A stretch of DNA of 63,659 nt, counting the filler, from Octopus bimaculoides (taxonomy: Eukaryota): the NCBI RefSeq assembly GCF_001194135.2. It is 8 parts of 8 records of this genome, joined end to end, with 100 filler letters (N's around TTAATTAATTAA, not from the genome) between each part and the next. Parts side by side here need not be neighbours in the genome. Positions count along the whole stretch, not along the records: positions 1 to 9,719 come from NC_069007.1; positions 9,820 to 18,412 come from NC_068983.1; 6 more parts are not named here. One strand, 5' to 3'. A model generated the notes under the pieces. It searched no databases and was not told the origin of the DNA. It was given only the letters and a program-made list of their open reading frames with translations. Numbering within the stretch: the first letter of the stretch is position 1; each line of letters opens with the position of its first letter. Below, in pieces: positions 1 to 11,924 of the stretch. A program made the translations under genes and the position numbers.

Positions 1-236
1 CGTTAGTTTGATTGTTTTTTCTTTTTTTTTATTTCACCACCGAACTGACTAAAATTCTATTTTAACCGTCATTATTAAAAATGACCAGCTGTTTTGATGT
101 GTCAACTATATTACCAAGTTCAATGATCACAAGTCGACTGTCGTAAACAATGATATGCTTTTCGACTGTATAAAAAATAAGCTCAAAAATATTTTTAGAA
201 TGTGCTTTTTATTAGACTAATGGACCAATACACACA

Positions 237-268
<32 letters not shown>

Positions 269-572
269 GTCGAGTAGTACATCTTTGGTTATGACAGTTA
301 GAAAGTTGCTATTGATTTCGCGTCTATTATTCCACTTGGCAATATAACCGGTTCGTTAATAGTGCTGGCCTGAAGTACATAAAGGCTCTACTAATGGAGG
401 TACAAAAAAAAAAAAATGTTTTGGTCAGTTTGGTAGGTGATTAAAAAAAATATAATAAACAAAAACAAATTAAAAAAACCTGACGAGAAAACTGCGAAAC
501 GAAATTATGTATTCTGAGAGGACACAGTCACCTCCCTTCCACCAAGTGGAGATAATCGTTCCGCTGAAAGTA

Positions 573-610
573 GTGGCGGCGCAATGGCCCAGTGGTTAGG
601 ACAGCGAATT
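573..610 (+). mobile_element. Truncated tRNA-derived SINE head (same family as 7347-7736)
   Basis: GTGGCGGCGCAATGGCCCAGTGGTTAGG matches the A-box head of the full copy at 7347-7736 (minus strand). Confidence 0.5.
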
Positions 611-1614
611 CTACGTACAGCTATGGTGTGAGTTTCGTATCAGTTGCGTATGTTTTACTGTTGGAAGAGTATTCTCCCCTTTACTGCATTTAGCCGCTAA
701 GTATTACGAATGAAATCCCTCTTTTCATTCCAGATTTTAGACAAGAGGGGTTCAAAATCTTCTTGAGAAGGGACCTTTTCCCAATAAGGATTCCCATCCT
801 TATCTCTCAGTATAATACCTATAGGCTGAAAGCAATCCTGTGGCTTATACTAGTTTGTTCAAATATTCACATGCGGTATGTATGTATGTATGTATGTATG
901 TGGAAGAGAGCGAGAGGTGTGCATGCGTGGGTGCGTGCGTGTGTGTGTCTTATTGTGTTGTGTTTGTACCCCACCACCTTTTGGCAATCCATAGAAAATT
1001 TATTTTAGAAACGTAATCTTCCCCGTGTGCAGACGTGTGGACGAGAAACTTACATAAACTGACGCATTTTCGGACATAATTGAACTTGTTCGAAGGGAGG
1101 TAATTCTATCGCTGCCAGAATGCATTTTCAGTTCGGGCAGTGTTACGTTTCTGTTTTTGAAAATTTAATTTAATTTTTATCTTATTTGTGACAAGTGCAG
1201 TGTTTTTACCGCCATTGGTAAAAAGGCTACATGCTTCGGACCTGCAGATCTGATGTGTCACCTACATTAACCTAATGCAATGGAACTCCTGCATTTCAGC
1301 TGCACAGGGTTCTACATTAAATCCCTCGGAATCAGAATACAATGTCGTATGGTAGCCAGTATCTACTTAAGGAGCTTGGTGTAATTATCACAAGAGTCTA
1401 GGAATCCGTACAATGCACTACAAATATATTCTTTTATTCTTTTATCTTGATTCAGTCATCTGAAGAATCTATTAGAGTAGATGCAAGCGCTAATATATGA
1501 TTTATAAAAGCATGCGACATATTAATAAAAATCTGTAAATGTACAACCGTCCAAATCTCTGAGTACCTTATTATTTTTTTCTAATATATAATACCTGTAC
1601 ATCAACTCCAAAAC

Positions 1615-1646
<32 letters not shown>

Positions 1647-2399
1647 NNNNNNNNNNNNNNNNNNNNNNNNNNNNNNNNNNNNNNNNNNNNNNNNNNNNNN
1701 NNNNNNNNNNNNNNNNNNNNNNNNNNNNNNNNNNNNNNNNNNNNNNNNNNNNNNNNNNNNNNNNNNNNNNNNNNNNNNNNNNNNATATATCGGTCAGTTG
1801 TCCTTAAGTCTAAAATGTATCAAAAGGTTTCTTGAGTTGTATTTACCTAGTCAAGTAGTTTATCATTGGTTTTGGCGGTCAGAAAATAACCAACGCACTT
1901 GGTAATACAGGCGAAACATCAGACTAGCCGAACACAAGCATATAACGTGTTATTAATGGTACTAAAAATACAGTCTCCGTCAGTTTGCTGGTGAACAAAG
2001 CAGAAAGTATAAATACCTTTAAGTGAAAACACCCCAAAATGGAAATACATTCGGGGAGTGATAGAGTTACTTCCCTTAGAGCGATTCTTCCTGTGTCTGA
2101 AAATGGCTGCCTTTGTACTTTCTTCTTTTCTCTAATCTGCAAACGGGGAAAACCACGTTTCCAAAACAAAATTTCTATCACATGTAAAAGCAAAGTGTTC
2201 ACATGGTGGATAAGCCAGTTATCGTCTCTGATATAGGAAAACATGGAGTGTGCTAGAGGCGTGCTTAGACAAGTTATGTTATCTCTGAACAATGTTGCCT
2301 CCCGACGATGTATTTACTTCGATTATGATACATAGATAACTATTTAAATCTAATATAGCCTTTTATTTTTTCATATTCAGACGGGAAGTTATTTGCACC

Positions 2400-2415
2400 T
2401 CTGTTTCTACACACA

Positions 2416-2458
<43 letters not shown>

Positions 2459-2760
2459 ACACACACACACACACACGCACGCACACACACATACGCACGC
2501 AAGCACACACACAAACACGCACACACACACATATTTATATATATGTATGCATATATATATTTATGTATATGTATGTATGTACATATATGTATGTATGTAT
2601 GTATGTATGTACGTATGTATGTATGTGTGTGTGTATGTTTGTATGTATGTACGTATGTTTGTTTGTATGTATGTATGTATGTATGTATGGATGGATGGAT
2701 GTATGTATGGATGGATGTATGGATGGATGGATGGATGGATGGATGGATGGATGGGTGTGT
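2400..2760. repeat. Compound microsatellite (CA)n/(TA)n/(TATG)n/(GGAT)n
   Basis: Read directly; explains the HT/CV/MDGW pseudo-ORFs. Confidence 0.95.
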
Positions 2761-4350
2761 CGGGTCACTTATGAGGTCCCTCGTGAGTGCTACTGGTTAC
2801 ATGGAATCCAGTAACAACCTGTTGCAACGTTGGGTTATCGGCGACTAAACCGGCCCCTTCCCCAACTAGGCTCTTCTGGTGGTGAGGAGAATTGTTAGAA
2901 TCCCAGCAGAACTAAGAACAAGACATGGCAAAAGAACGGATGAGCCGAAAGTAGGTTCAACAACTATGTAGGAATAGCATGGGCCCTCAGAAATTTTGGG
3001 TCGGTGTCCGGTGTGCTGGAAGACCATTGTGAGCGAAGCACCCCTCAGATTTTGTTAAAGCATGTCTCAAGGAGATGGTTACTCTGATATAAAACTAGAT
3101 ATGCAGGGAATGGTATTTAACATTTTGGGAATTCTTTACTTATGTTTGAGATCATGTTGCGTCCACATTCCTGAGCCTGTGACTCATATTGGCCCTGGTT
3201 ATCTTGCACTGGTTTGTCTCTGCATCATGTCAGTTGGGTGGAGAGGGTCAGTGAGGTGCTGTGCAAGACTTATTTGACCTGTAATTGTAGTTTGTGCAAT
3301 CGCCGGCGAGGCAGCTATCCGATGCCCAAACCAGAAGGTGGGCCCCGCGTTGAGCATGGAAGTTGCGAGCGCGAACCTGGATTAGGCCGACTGCTGATGC
3401 AATAGCCCAATGCAGATAAGATAATCTCGCTAAAGCCGAACAGACAAAGGACGGTAGCACACACTGGCTCTTGAGTAGAATTTGGCATCTGGATATCTCT
3501 ATCTCGTAGATACCCTATTGTGCCGCCAGGCAACAGAGCAGAACGGAGTAGTCAACGGATGTTTATACATAAACTGGCCTATCAATGTCTGGAGTGCAGG
3601 CTTCGTCTGTTTGTATATGTCTCGATACTACACTAGTATTCACATGTATGTGTACCTATACACACATACACACGCACGCACACACACACACACACACGTA
3701 CGCATACACATACATGCTTTCCCATATATATGCACCTGCATATGTTCGCATGGGCACAGGCATAACATAGGCCTACACACACTCTCTTACCAGCAAACAG
3801 TTAAGTCGGTCACTCAGATGTACTGCCGCACGTATCGATGACGTTAGCTCTTTATCTGGGTTAGTAATACGTATAATAAATGCTTCTGACTTAGCATACA
3901 ATGGGATACACCACGAATATAAATAATACAACAGTTATTTCAATAATTCAGTATAAGGATATCAATTATACAATATGCATTTTGTTCAGGCAACAGATGA
4001 ATGATCAGTCTATGCGTATTAATTGAATAAACAGACCATAGCATTTTGCTTCGGCATGGCCAGTATATGTCCAGTCCATAACATATGAAAACGCATTACA
4101 GTCTGATTTGTATATATTCAATGTTGTGAACCATGCGATGATGCTCTGTTCATCACTCAGAAAGCAGTATTTTGGGATAACCAGAAATCCGTGCAGGACA
4201 ACGTTCAAACAAGTATAATATCCGCAGACACGCGTAGGCTTCACGTAATTCTCGGGGTGATTCAGCATTACACAGAATGTGGCGAGAAAGGTTGGCCCCT
4301 ATCAAACACTGATACAACAATATATATATATGTGTATATATATATATTTA

Positions 4351-4606
4351 CACAGACATGCAGGAAGTAAATAGACACCTTTAATTTTCAAATTTTTTTT
4401 ATTTAATACGCAAAGTGAACAATTGAAATGTAATCGATTGGTAGGACTACATACTCTAGTATTTAGTTGACATTCCCTTTGCAGTTTTTGATTCAGAAAC
4501 TCTTTTTGGCATTGAACTAATGAGCTTTGTGATTGTCTCTTGTGGAATTTCTGCCCACTTTTCACGCAACAATCGAAATAATTCATCTTTAGATTTAGGT
4601 TTCTGG
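4351..4606 (-). repeat. Duplicate of the Tc1 end at 5587-5842, flanking an N gap
   Basis: Matches 5587-5842 at constant offset 1236; the ORF track gives the same translation for both copies. Confidence 0.85.
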
Positions 4607-5586
4607 NNNNNNNNNNNNNNNNNNNNNNNNNNNNNNNNNNNNNNNNNNNNNNNNNNNNNNNNNNNNNNNNNNNNNNNNNNNNNNNNNNNNNNNNNNNNNN
4701 NNNNNNNNNNNNNNNNNNNNNNNNNNNNNNNNNNNNNNNNNNNNNNNNNNNNNNNNNNNNNNNNNNNNNNNNNNNNNNNNNNNNNNNNNNNNNNNNNNNN
4801 NNNNNNNNNNNNNNNNNNNNNNNNNNNNNNNNNNNNNNNNNNNNNNNNNNNNNNNNNNNNNNNNNNNNNNNNNNNNNNNNNNNNNNNNNNNNNNNNNNNN
4901 NNNNNNNNNNNNNNNNNNNNNNNNNNNNNNNNNNNNNNNNNNNNNNNNNNNNNNNNNNNNNNNNNNNNNNNNNNNNNNNNNNNNNNNNNNNNNNNNNNNN
5001 NNNNNNNNNNNNNNNNNNNNNNNNNNNNNNNNNNNNNNNNNNNNNNNNNNNNNNNNNNNNNNNNNNNNNNNNNNNNNNNNNNNNNNNNNNNNNNNNNNNN
5101 NNNNNNNNNNNNNNNNNNNNNNNNNNNNNNNNNNNNNNNNNNNNNNNNNNNNNNNNNNNNNNNNNNNNNNNNNNNNNNNNNNNNNNNNNNNNNNNNNNNN
5201 NNNNNNNNNNNNNNNNNNNNNNNNNNNNNNNNNNNNNNNNNNNNNNNNNNNNNNNNNNNNNNNNNNNNNNNNNNNNNNNNNNNNNNNNNNNNNNNNNNNN
5301 NNNNNNNNNNNNNNNNNNNNNNNNNNNNNNNNNNNNNNNNNNNNNNNNNNNNNNNNNNNNNNNNNNNNNNNNNNNNNNNNNNNNNNNNNNNNNNNNNNNN
5401 NNNNNNNNNNNNNNNNNNNNNNNNNNNNNNNNNNNNNNNNNNNNNNNNNNNNNNNNNNNNNNNNNNNNNNNNNNNNNNNNNNNNNNNNNNNNNNNNNNNN
5501 NNNNNNNNNNNNNNNNNNNNNNNNNNNNNNNNNNNNTATATATATATACATATGTATATGTTTATATATGTATATATATATATTTA

Positions 5587-5975
5587 CACAGACATGCAGG
5601 AAGTAAATAGACACCTTTAATTTTCAAATTTTTTTTATTTAATACGCAAAGTGAACAATTGAAATGTAATCGATTGGTAGGACTACATACTCTAGTATTT
5701 AGTTGACATTCCCTTTGCAGTTTTTGATTCAGAAACTCTTTTTGGCATTGAACTAATGAGCTTTGTGATTGTCTCTTGTGGAATTTCTGCCCACTTTTCA
5801 CGCAACAATCGAAATAATTCATCTTTAGATTTAGGTTTCTGGCGAGTGTTTCGTACAGCTCTATCTAGTATGCTCCAAAGACTTTCAATTGGGTTCATGT
5901 GAGGAGATTGGCTCGGCCAAGGAAGCTTTTTGATCCCATTTTCAGTCAGCCATTATTGATGCCTTTTCGCTGCAT
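5587..5975 (-). mobile_element. Tc1-family transposon 3' fragment (transposase C-terminus plus TIR)
   Basis: Minus strand reads WLTENGIKKLPWPSQSPHMNPIESLWSILDRAVR...TAKGMSTKY*, the Tc1 WPxxSPDLNPIE motif. The end reads TA|CACAGACATGCAGGAAGTAAATAGACACC. Confidence 0.85.
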
Positions 5976-6464
5976 TTACTGACTCTAGAGCTACTACTAC
6001 TGCGGAAAATGGTGACATTGAGGAATATTACTGCGTGAGGTAGGATTTCAGAGTGTCGGAGCCCAGTCACATAGAACTGATCAGCACTGCAGAAAAGGAA
6101 GCGGTGTCGATAAAATATGTACCAGTTAAACACTGGGGTCAATGTAATCAATTAAGTCCCTTCACTTAAAATTCTGATCCTAAGCCGACATTTGAAACCA
6201 AAGGCGGCAAAGCGACAGAATTGTTAGCAAGCCGGACTAACTGCTTAGTTGCATTTCTTCCGATTATTTATGTTCACCCTTTAGATGTCGATACAATAAA
6301 TCAACTAAAGGAATCAAAGTCATTGGTATGGACTACACTTTAGTCCTAAATTGACTGGCCTTATTCCACCTTCACAAAGATGAAAAGCGAAAATTGGCCC
6401 GGCTGGAGTGTTTCTATATTTAAAAAATAAATGCTTTTAGTTGTGTAGTATTTTGCATGTTCAC

Positions 6465-6690
6465 AGAATCATGTGTGGTGTTAAGGTTTTAGATGCAACT
6501 GTATTGATTCCGCACACAACAATGTCTTTATTATGAATTGTATATAAGCGTATTTAACATCCTCTTCATAATTTGTTTTGTTGGGAGTGCAGACAGGTTT
6601 TATTTCGGTGAAAATAAAATGCATTTTGGAAATTCTGAAACGTCACTCCTGAAAAGCTTTTCCTTTTTGAATCAGGTAGCATAGAAACGA
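6465..6690 (+). repeat. Direct repeat copy 1 (pairs with 8397-8660)
   Basis: Shared start AGAATCATGTGTGGTGTT; 58-bp identical block 6612-6669 = 8584-8641. Confidence 0.8.
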
Positions 6691-6879
6691 ATAAAATTAA
6701 ACAAAATAGAGAAAGGGCAGTTAAAATATATTTTGTGTATGTCAAGAGGCACTTTTGTTTGGGTAAATAAATCTTAAATAATGCTTCTTCTTAGTGGAGC
6801 AAGGAGGGTTTTTTAAATAAATTTCAAAAGAATTTTATTTATTTATTTATTGCTAACGTACGCGTAGGCATGGCTGGTG

Positions 6880-8050
6880 ATCAAGAAACTCGTGCGGATA
6901 TGTCTAGACTTCTTAGTTCAGGCAAATCAGCAGGCCTTTGAAAGCATTCCCGGCATTATCCACTTGCCTGAAGGAGCAAAGTTGCACGTATCGGTGGAAG
7001 GATGCAAACCGCGATGCTATCTCTGTGGGCAGAGGGACCACCTCAAAGTTCTTTGCCCGCTGGGAACAAACGAGAAACACCCCACTCCAGCATAGGAGAC
7101 TCCCACAATAGCGCTTACAGCAGCAAACACAGGCTGCACCAAAAATAACTCTATCACCAGCCAAAGCAGCAACGACTGCACAGTGTGCAGAGAAAACATC
7201 AACAGCTACAAAGACACCAACGAAGATCACCACAGAAGCAGTAACGGTATAAGTGACAGCAGCACCGTCCACAATGGAAGGGATGTCATTTGCAGCAGCA
7301 GCAGCAGCCGCCAAAGGTACTCGAAAGAGCAACACTAAGAACACTGTTTGTGTTGTTGGCACTCCGTCGCTTACGACGAGGAGTGTTCCAGTTGATCCGA
7401 TCAACGGAACAGCCTGCTCGTGAAATTAACATGCAAGTGGCTGAGCACTCCACAGACACGTGTGCCCTTAACATAGTTCTCGGGGATATTCAGCGTGACA
7501 CAGAGTGTGACAAGGCTGACCCCTTTGAATTACAGGCACAACAGAAACAGGAAGTAAGAGTGAGAGAAAGTTGTGGTGGAAGAGTACAGCAGGGTTCGCC
7601 ACCATCCCCTGCCGGAGCCTCGTGGAGCTTTACGTGTTTTCGCTCAATAAACACTCACAACGCTCGGTCTGGGAATCGAAACCGCTATCCTATGACCGCG
7701 AGTCCGCTTCTCTAACCACTGGGCCATTGTGCCTCCACACTAAGAACACTGCAGAACCGACAACAGCAGCTCGAATGGGAGAAACCGCCTCGACAAACAA
7801 CAGCCCACCTGTTCTACCCTTCCCGAGGCTGACCAAGAAAATGCCAAACTAGCAAAGAAAGGTTAGAGGAGAATTCCCGAAAGGAAAAAACGCAAAATGG
7901 AAACCATCCTAGCTCCTCCCCCGCAACACAGTGGCACGATCACCAACTGCATCACCCACATTACCAACACCACCAATACTACTGCCAGTACCGCACATCA
8001 TGCAAAAACCACTGTCGAAAACAATAGTGAATCTCACTGCAATCAACACA
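6880..8050 (+). mobile_element. Decayed gag-like ORF1 of an L1/Tx1-type non-LTR retrotransposon, split by a SINE
   Basis: CCHC zinc knuckle CYLCGQRDHLKVLC (C-x2-C-x4-H-x4-C) followed by an Ala/Thr-rich tail. The frame AAAKGTRKSNTKNT|AEPTTAARMG is restored when the 7347-7736 insert and one TSD copy are removed. Confidence 0.6.
7347..7736 (-). mobile_element. Full-length tRNA-derived SINE with 15-bp TSD
   Basis: Minus strand has A box TGGCCCAGTGG, B box GGTTTCGATTCC and a tail GACGGAGTGCCAACAACACAAA. TSD ACACTAAGAACACTG at 7332-7346 and 7737-7751. Confidence 0.9.
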
Positions 8051-8108
8051 ATATACACAATATATATATATGTGTATATATGTATCTAGAAAGAACAGTA
8101 TATATTTG

Positions 8109-8147
<39 letters not shown>

Positions 8148-8164
8148 CTGTGTGTGTGTCTGTG

Positions 8165-8360
8165 TGTCTGTGTGTGTCTGTATTTGTAACCCCACCATTG
8201 CTTGACAACCGATGTTAATGTGTTCCCATAACTTAGCGGTTCGGCAAAAGTCACTGATAGAATAAGTACTAGGCTTACGAAGAATAAATTCTGGGGTCGA
8301 TTTTATCTTCCAAAGGCAGTGCTCCAGCATGGTCGCAGTCACATGACTGAAACAAGTAAA
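8165..8360 (+). mobile_element. 3' half of a SINE (family B, as 58695-58971)
   Basis: CCATTGCTTGACAACCGATG...TAACTTAGCGGTTCGGCAAAAG...ATGACTGAAACAAGTAAAA recurs several times in the window. Confidence 0.75.
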
Positions 8361-8396
8361 ACAAAAAAAAACAAAAAACTATGCGTTTTAATCCCG

Positions 8397-8660
8397 AGAA
8401 TCATGTGTGGTGTTCAGGTTTTAGGCGCAACTGTATTGGTTTTAGGTGCAAATGTTCAGGTTTTAGGTGCAAATGTATTGGTTTTGGACATGATATAGTC
8501 TTTATTGTGTATTATGCATATATATTTATCATCCACTTTGTAATGTGTTTCGTTGGAAGAGTAGACCTGTTTAGTCTCGGTGTAAATAAAATGCATTTTG
8601 GAAATTCTGAAACGTCACTCCTGAAAAGCTTTTCCTTTTTGTATCAAGTAGCAGAGAAAC
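8397..8660 (+). repeat. Direct repeat copy 2 (pairs with 6465-6690), with an internal short tandem expansion
   Basis: See copy 1; the GGTTTTAGGTGCAAATG unit is reiterated here. Confidence 0.8.
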
Positions 8661-8897
8661 AAACAAACATAACAATGGATATAGATATGCTGTGAATCAT
8701 TTTTATTTACGTAAGTAACTCTTTAATGAAGGATGTGCGTGTATGTATTTTTTATGTCTATGTTTATCACCTTCGACACTGCTTGAAAATAGGTTATGAT
8801 TTGCTTACCTCCTTGTAAATTTACAGTTCGGCAAATGAAGATTAAGTATGAAACTTAACGGAAATAAGTAAAAAAAAAAAAAAGAAAACAAAAGAAA

Positions 8898-9310
8898 CTA
8901 GAAAAGCACTCGGAGAGGGCAGACCTCCGCCAAGCAGCTCTTTTCCACCCAGATATACGCATGCTGAAAATCACCCACCATTACCACCATCACATCAGCA
9001 TCACACCTCACACCGCTCCTGTCGCCATTATAACCACCAATACTATTTTATCCTCCTCCCATACTTATCTCGACCATCATCATCATCAACACTGTATCTC
9101 TGCTTTCACCACAATCACCGTCAAAGCTACGATCACCACAATCAGTTTCTTTACACAGTTGAAAATCCATTATCCGATACTTATGAGACCGAGATTGGTG
9201 CAGATTTCTGAGTTTTCTAATTTCGGAGTGCTTTATCAAAAAAAAAAAAAAAATTGCATCTACAAAACGGAACAGTTTGAGGATAGAAACCAAGTCTAAA
9301 CACAAAAGCT
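8898..9310 (+). mobile_element. Possible Helentron-associated (DINE-1/HINE-like) remnant
   Basis: Starts AAAAGCACTCGGAGAGGGCAGACCTCCGCCAAG, resembling the 5' end of 23369 and 25069; no 3' hairpin seen. Confidence 0.4.
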
Positions 9311-9429
9311 TATGGACATACTCTGAATGTAGTTCTATATAAATCTTTAATAATTTCTTTTATACCGAAGGCCATCAGAAATGTTAAGATATCAGCCTCT
9401 TCCTATGTTGTCATGCTTTGATTAAAAGG

Positions 9430-9719
9430 TTGCAGCATAGATTAGATTACTTCGATAAGTTTTGGCCGAAGTTGACTCAGGCCATGTCTAATTTAACAGC
9501 ACCATCTGGAAGAGATACACAGTCAGCTCTGAGGAACCGTAGCGCATTCAAGCAGAGGGTTATTGTTTTCAGAGACATATCTGGGTGTGGCTGGTTTATC
9601 TGGTATTTGTTGTGGGTAATCATCTAGGGAGCGTTTGAATGCCTTGAAGTCACTTTCCTCCTTTATGTGTGTCTGGCACGATGTTGAAGAGAGCAGGGCC
9701 AATTGAAGTGAAATAGTTG
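9430..9719 (-). mobile_element. CR1-like LINE 3' end
   Basis: Minus strand approximates NYFTSIGPALFNIVP...FKAFKRSLDDY.QQIPDKPATPRYVSENNNPLLE, with frameshifts. Confidence 0.6.
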
Positions 9720-9819
9720 NNNNNNNNNNNNNNNNNNNNNNNNNNNNNNNNNNNNNNNNNNNNTTAATTAATTAANNNNNNNNNNNNNNNNNNNNNNNNN
9801 NNNNNNNNNNNNNNNNNNN
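9720..9819. other. Artificial scaffold spacer (44N-TTAATTAATTAA-44N)
   Basis: Exactly 100 nt; palindromic 12-mer with stops in all six frames. Confidence 0.95.
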
Positions 9820-10304
9820 TATATATATATATAAATAAATGCGTATATACACATATATGAATTCGTGTGTGTTTGCGTGTGTGCATTCCTGCGTCTGTCA
9901 TCTGTCGTGAGAAAAGTCGTAGATGTTTCACACGTGAGTGACTGTATAAAGGGGAATATCTCCGAAATTTGATCGAATCCTGTATTCGACTGGTATTTAT
10001 TTTGTCGAACAAAGGCCTGGCTGTCTACCTATTCTGCTGACCCATTGCTTTCTAAAGTAACAAATTATGAAAATGTGTCTGAGTATATCGAAACCTGTAC
10101 TTGACTGGTATTATTTTAAGCATCTCGAAACAGTGCAAGACAAAGACGTTCTTGTCGGAATTTGAACCCAACTGTAAAAACATTTTGTTCGGCGCATTTA
10201 TGATACTACCATTGACTTCTCTAATATTAAAAGACTAACTGACCCATTAACCGGCAAACATGGGACTGAAAGTGCCCCGGATTTCTCCGCTTGTCAGTCT
10301 AAAT

Positions 10305-10615
10305 CAGAGCTTTTCAACCATTTTTTATATCTTTGGACCCCTTTTATTATTATTTTACTCTGGTATCCCCCATCCCATAGCTTCTCGATGTTTAAAAACT
10401 AGTTTTATAGACACTTCCTTCAAAATTCCTATTTTGTTATTCACATATTAACTTGTGTAGGCTGAAATATGTGAGAAGAAACTGAGCTGTTTCTTGCAAT
10501 AAATATTTCCAAAGTAACATTTTTTCAAGGACGCTTAACTTACTACTGTCGATCCCCCATTTTACTGTTTTGTTTGTATGACTCCTGGGGTCGGATGGAA
10601 CCACAGGTCAAAATT
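10305..10615 (+). mobile_element. Possible hAT-type MITE remnant
   Basis: Begins CAGAGCTTTTCAACC, resembling CAGGGGTTCTCAAC ends; the other end is degenerate and no TSD was confirmed. Confidence 0.3.
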
Positions 10616-11532
10616 GATACTTAAAATATAGAACACCCTATGAAAATGTGGTCTGTTTGATGTTTATTAAACCGTTTAAACTTCTTAAGATATATCATCC
10701 TATGCTATGTACACAGTATAATGTTTATAGGATGAAAAGTAAACAAAGAAACACAAGGAACATGATATTATTTAATAGATACAGCTACAAATTAATGCAG
10801 TTCTAAAGAAGGATAGGTTTAAAATTTGAAGAATGCAGGTCAAACGCGAAATATTTCCCACCAGTTGGCTGGGTTCACGAGAATTTAAAAAAATATTCTT
10901 TGTTTTCTGTGTAAATGCAATGGTTTTAGCAATTACTCAGTCACTGCACTGGAGCATCACTGGCACCATTGGCTTGTATTACGTGGAGAACAAATCAGTA
11001 CGCTGAGACTATATGTATAGTCTCTCTAGATATGCGGATTAGGTGGAATGAAATGACACAATCGGAATTTCAACCTTCATCGCAATCTCAGTGTGCTAGG
11101 AACTTAACCCATCACCACACAACGTATTTACCCGGAAGAAAAATCTGGGGTCGTCAGATAGATTCGGTCCTCTTTTTTTTTTGCTTCTTCCGAACTGCCA
11201 CTATATCGTGAGATGTCTGAAGATTTATTGAGATTTCGAAAAGAATGAAGAAGACTTGTAGAGGAAAAATAGACATACAAAAAAAAGAAAAGCAAAAAGA
11301 AAAACATAACATCGAACATTGTGATAAAAAATATTTTCGTGTTAATTTATATGACAGGGAAAAGTATGAAAATTAACGGATCCCTCCACCCGCCACAACA
11401 CGAATAAATTTCAGTGATAACGCAATACATCGTTAGCAGTTTGTCTTATTCTGGAAGTTATAATTCACTGTCTCGCAAATGGAAGGTTACATTGAATAAT
11501 AATGTAATAGTTCCAAACAAGACTAAATGGTA

Positions 11533-11716
11533 ATACAGTTCTATATTTAAGAGATGAGGAATTATGTACATTATTCACATTATTTACATTCGACGGATAT
11601 TTGTCCTCATCTTGTTTGTTGTTAACACAAAGTTTCGACTGATATACCCTCCAGCCTTCTTCTGGTGTCTTGGGGGTAATTTTGAACAATAATAATAATA
11701 CTAATAATAATAATAC

Positions 11717-11775
<59 letters not shown>

Positions 11776-11924
11776 TCAAAAAATAGCTTCGGAATGAGAA
11801 CCCAGGTTCAAAATTTCCCCAAGACCCCTGAAGAAGGCTGGAGGGTATATCAGCCGAAATGTTGTGTTAACAAGAAACAAGATGAGGACAAATATCCGCC
11901 GAATGTAAATAATGTAAATAATGT
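11533..11924. mobile_element. Inverted pair of Penelope-type terminal repeats around an (AAT)n tract, flanked by a 14-bp TSD
   Basis: Arms about 11575-11690 (minus) and 11805-11924 (plus) are reverse complements. AAGACTAAATGGTA at 11519-11532 and 11925-11938. Confidence 0.75.
11824..11867 (+). ncRNA. Type I minimal hammerhead ribozyme-like motif (degenerate)
   Basis: ACCC-CTGAAGA-A-GGCTG(gagggtatat)CAGCC-GAAAT-GTT-GTGT. The sister copies at about 11625-11670 (minus) and 27760-27778 supply the consensus ACAC/GTGT stem I and GAAAC-GT. Confidence 0.6.

Noticed and set aside
1924-2292. 122-codon hydrophobic minus-strand ORF as a membrane-protein exon
   Set aside because: Non-ATG start, no recognisable motif and no supported splice sites.
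2340-2848. ORFs rich in CV, HT, MYV or MDGW repeats here and throughout, plus poly-X, poly-N, poly-I and poly-Y ORFs
   Set aside because: They are translations of microsatellites or N gaps, not genes.
2760-3620. GC-rich block as an LTR or L1 coding fragment
   Set aside because: Stops occur in all frames and no diagnostic motif could be confirmed; left unclassified.
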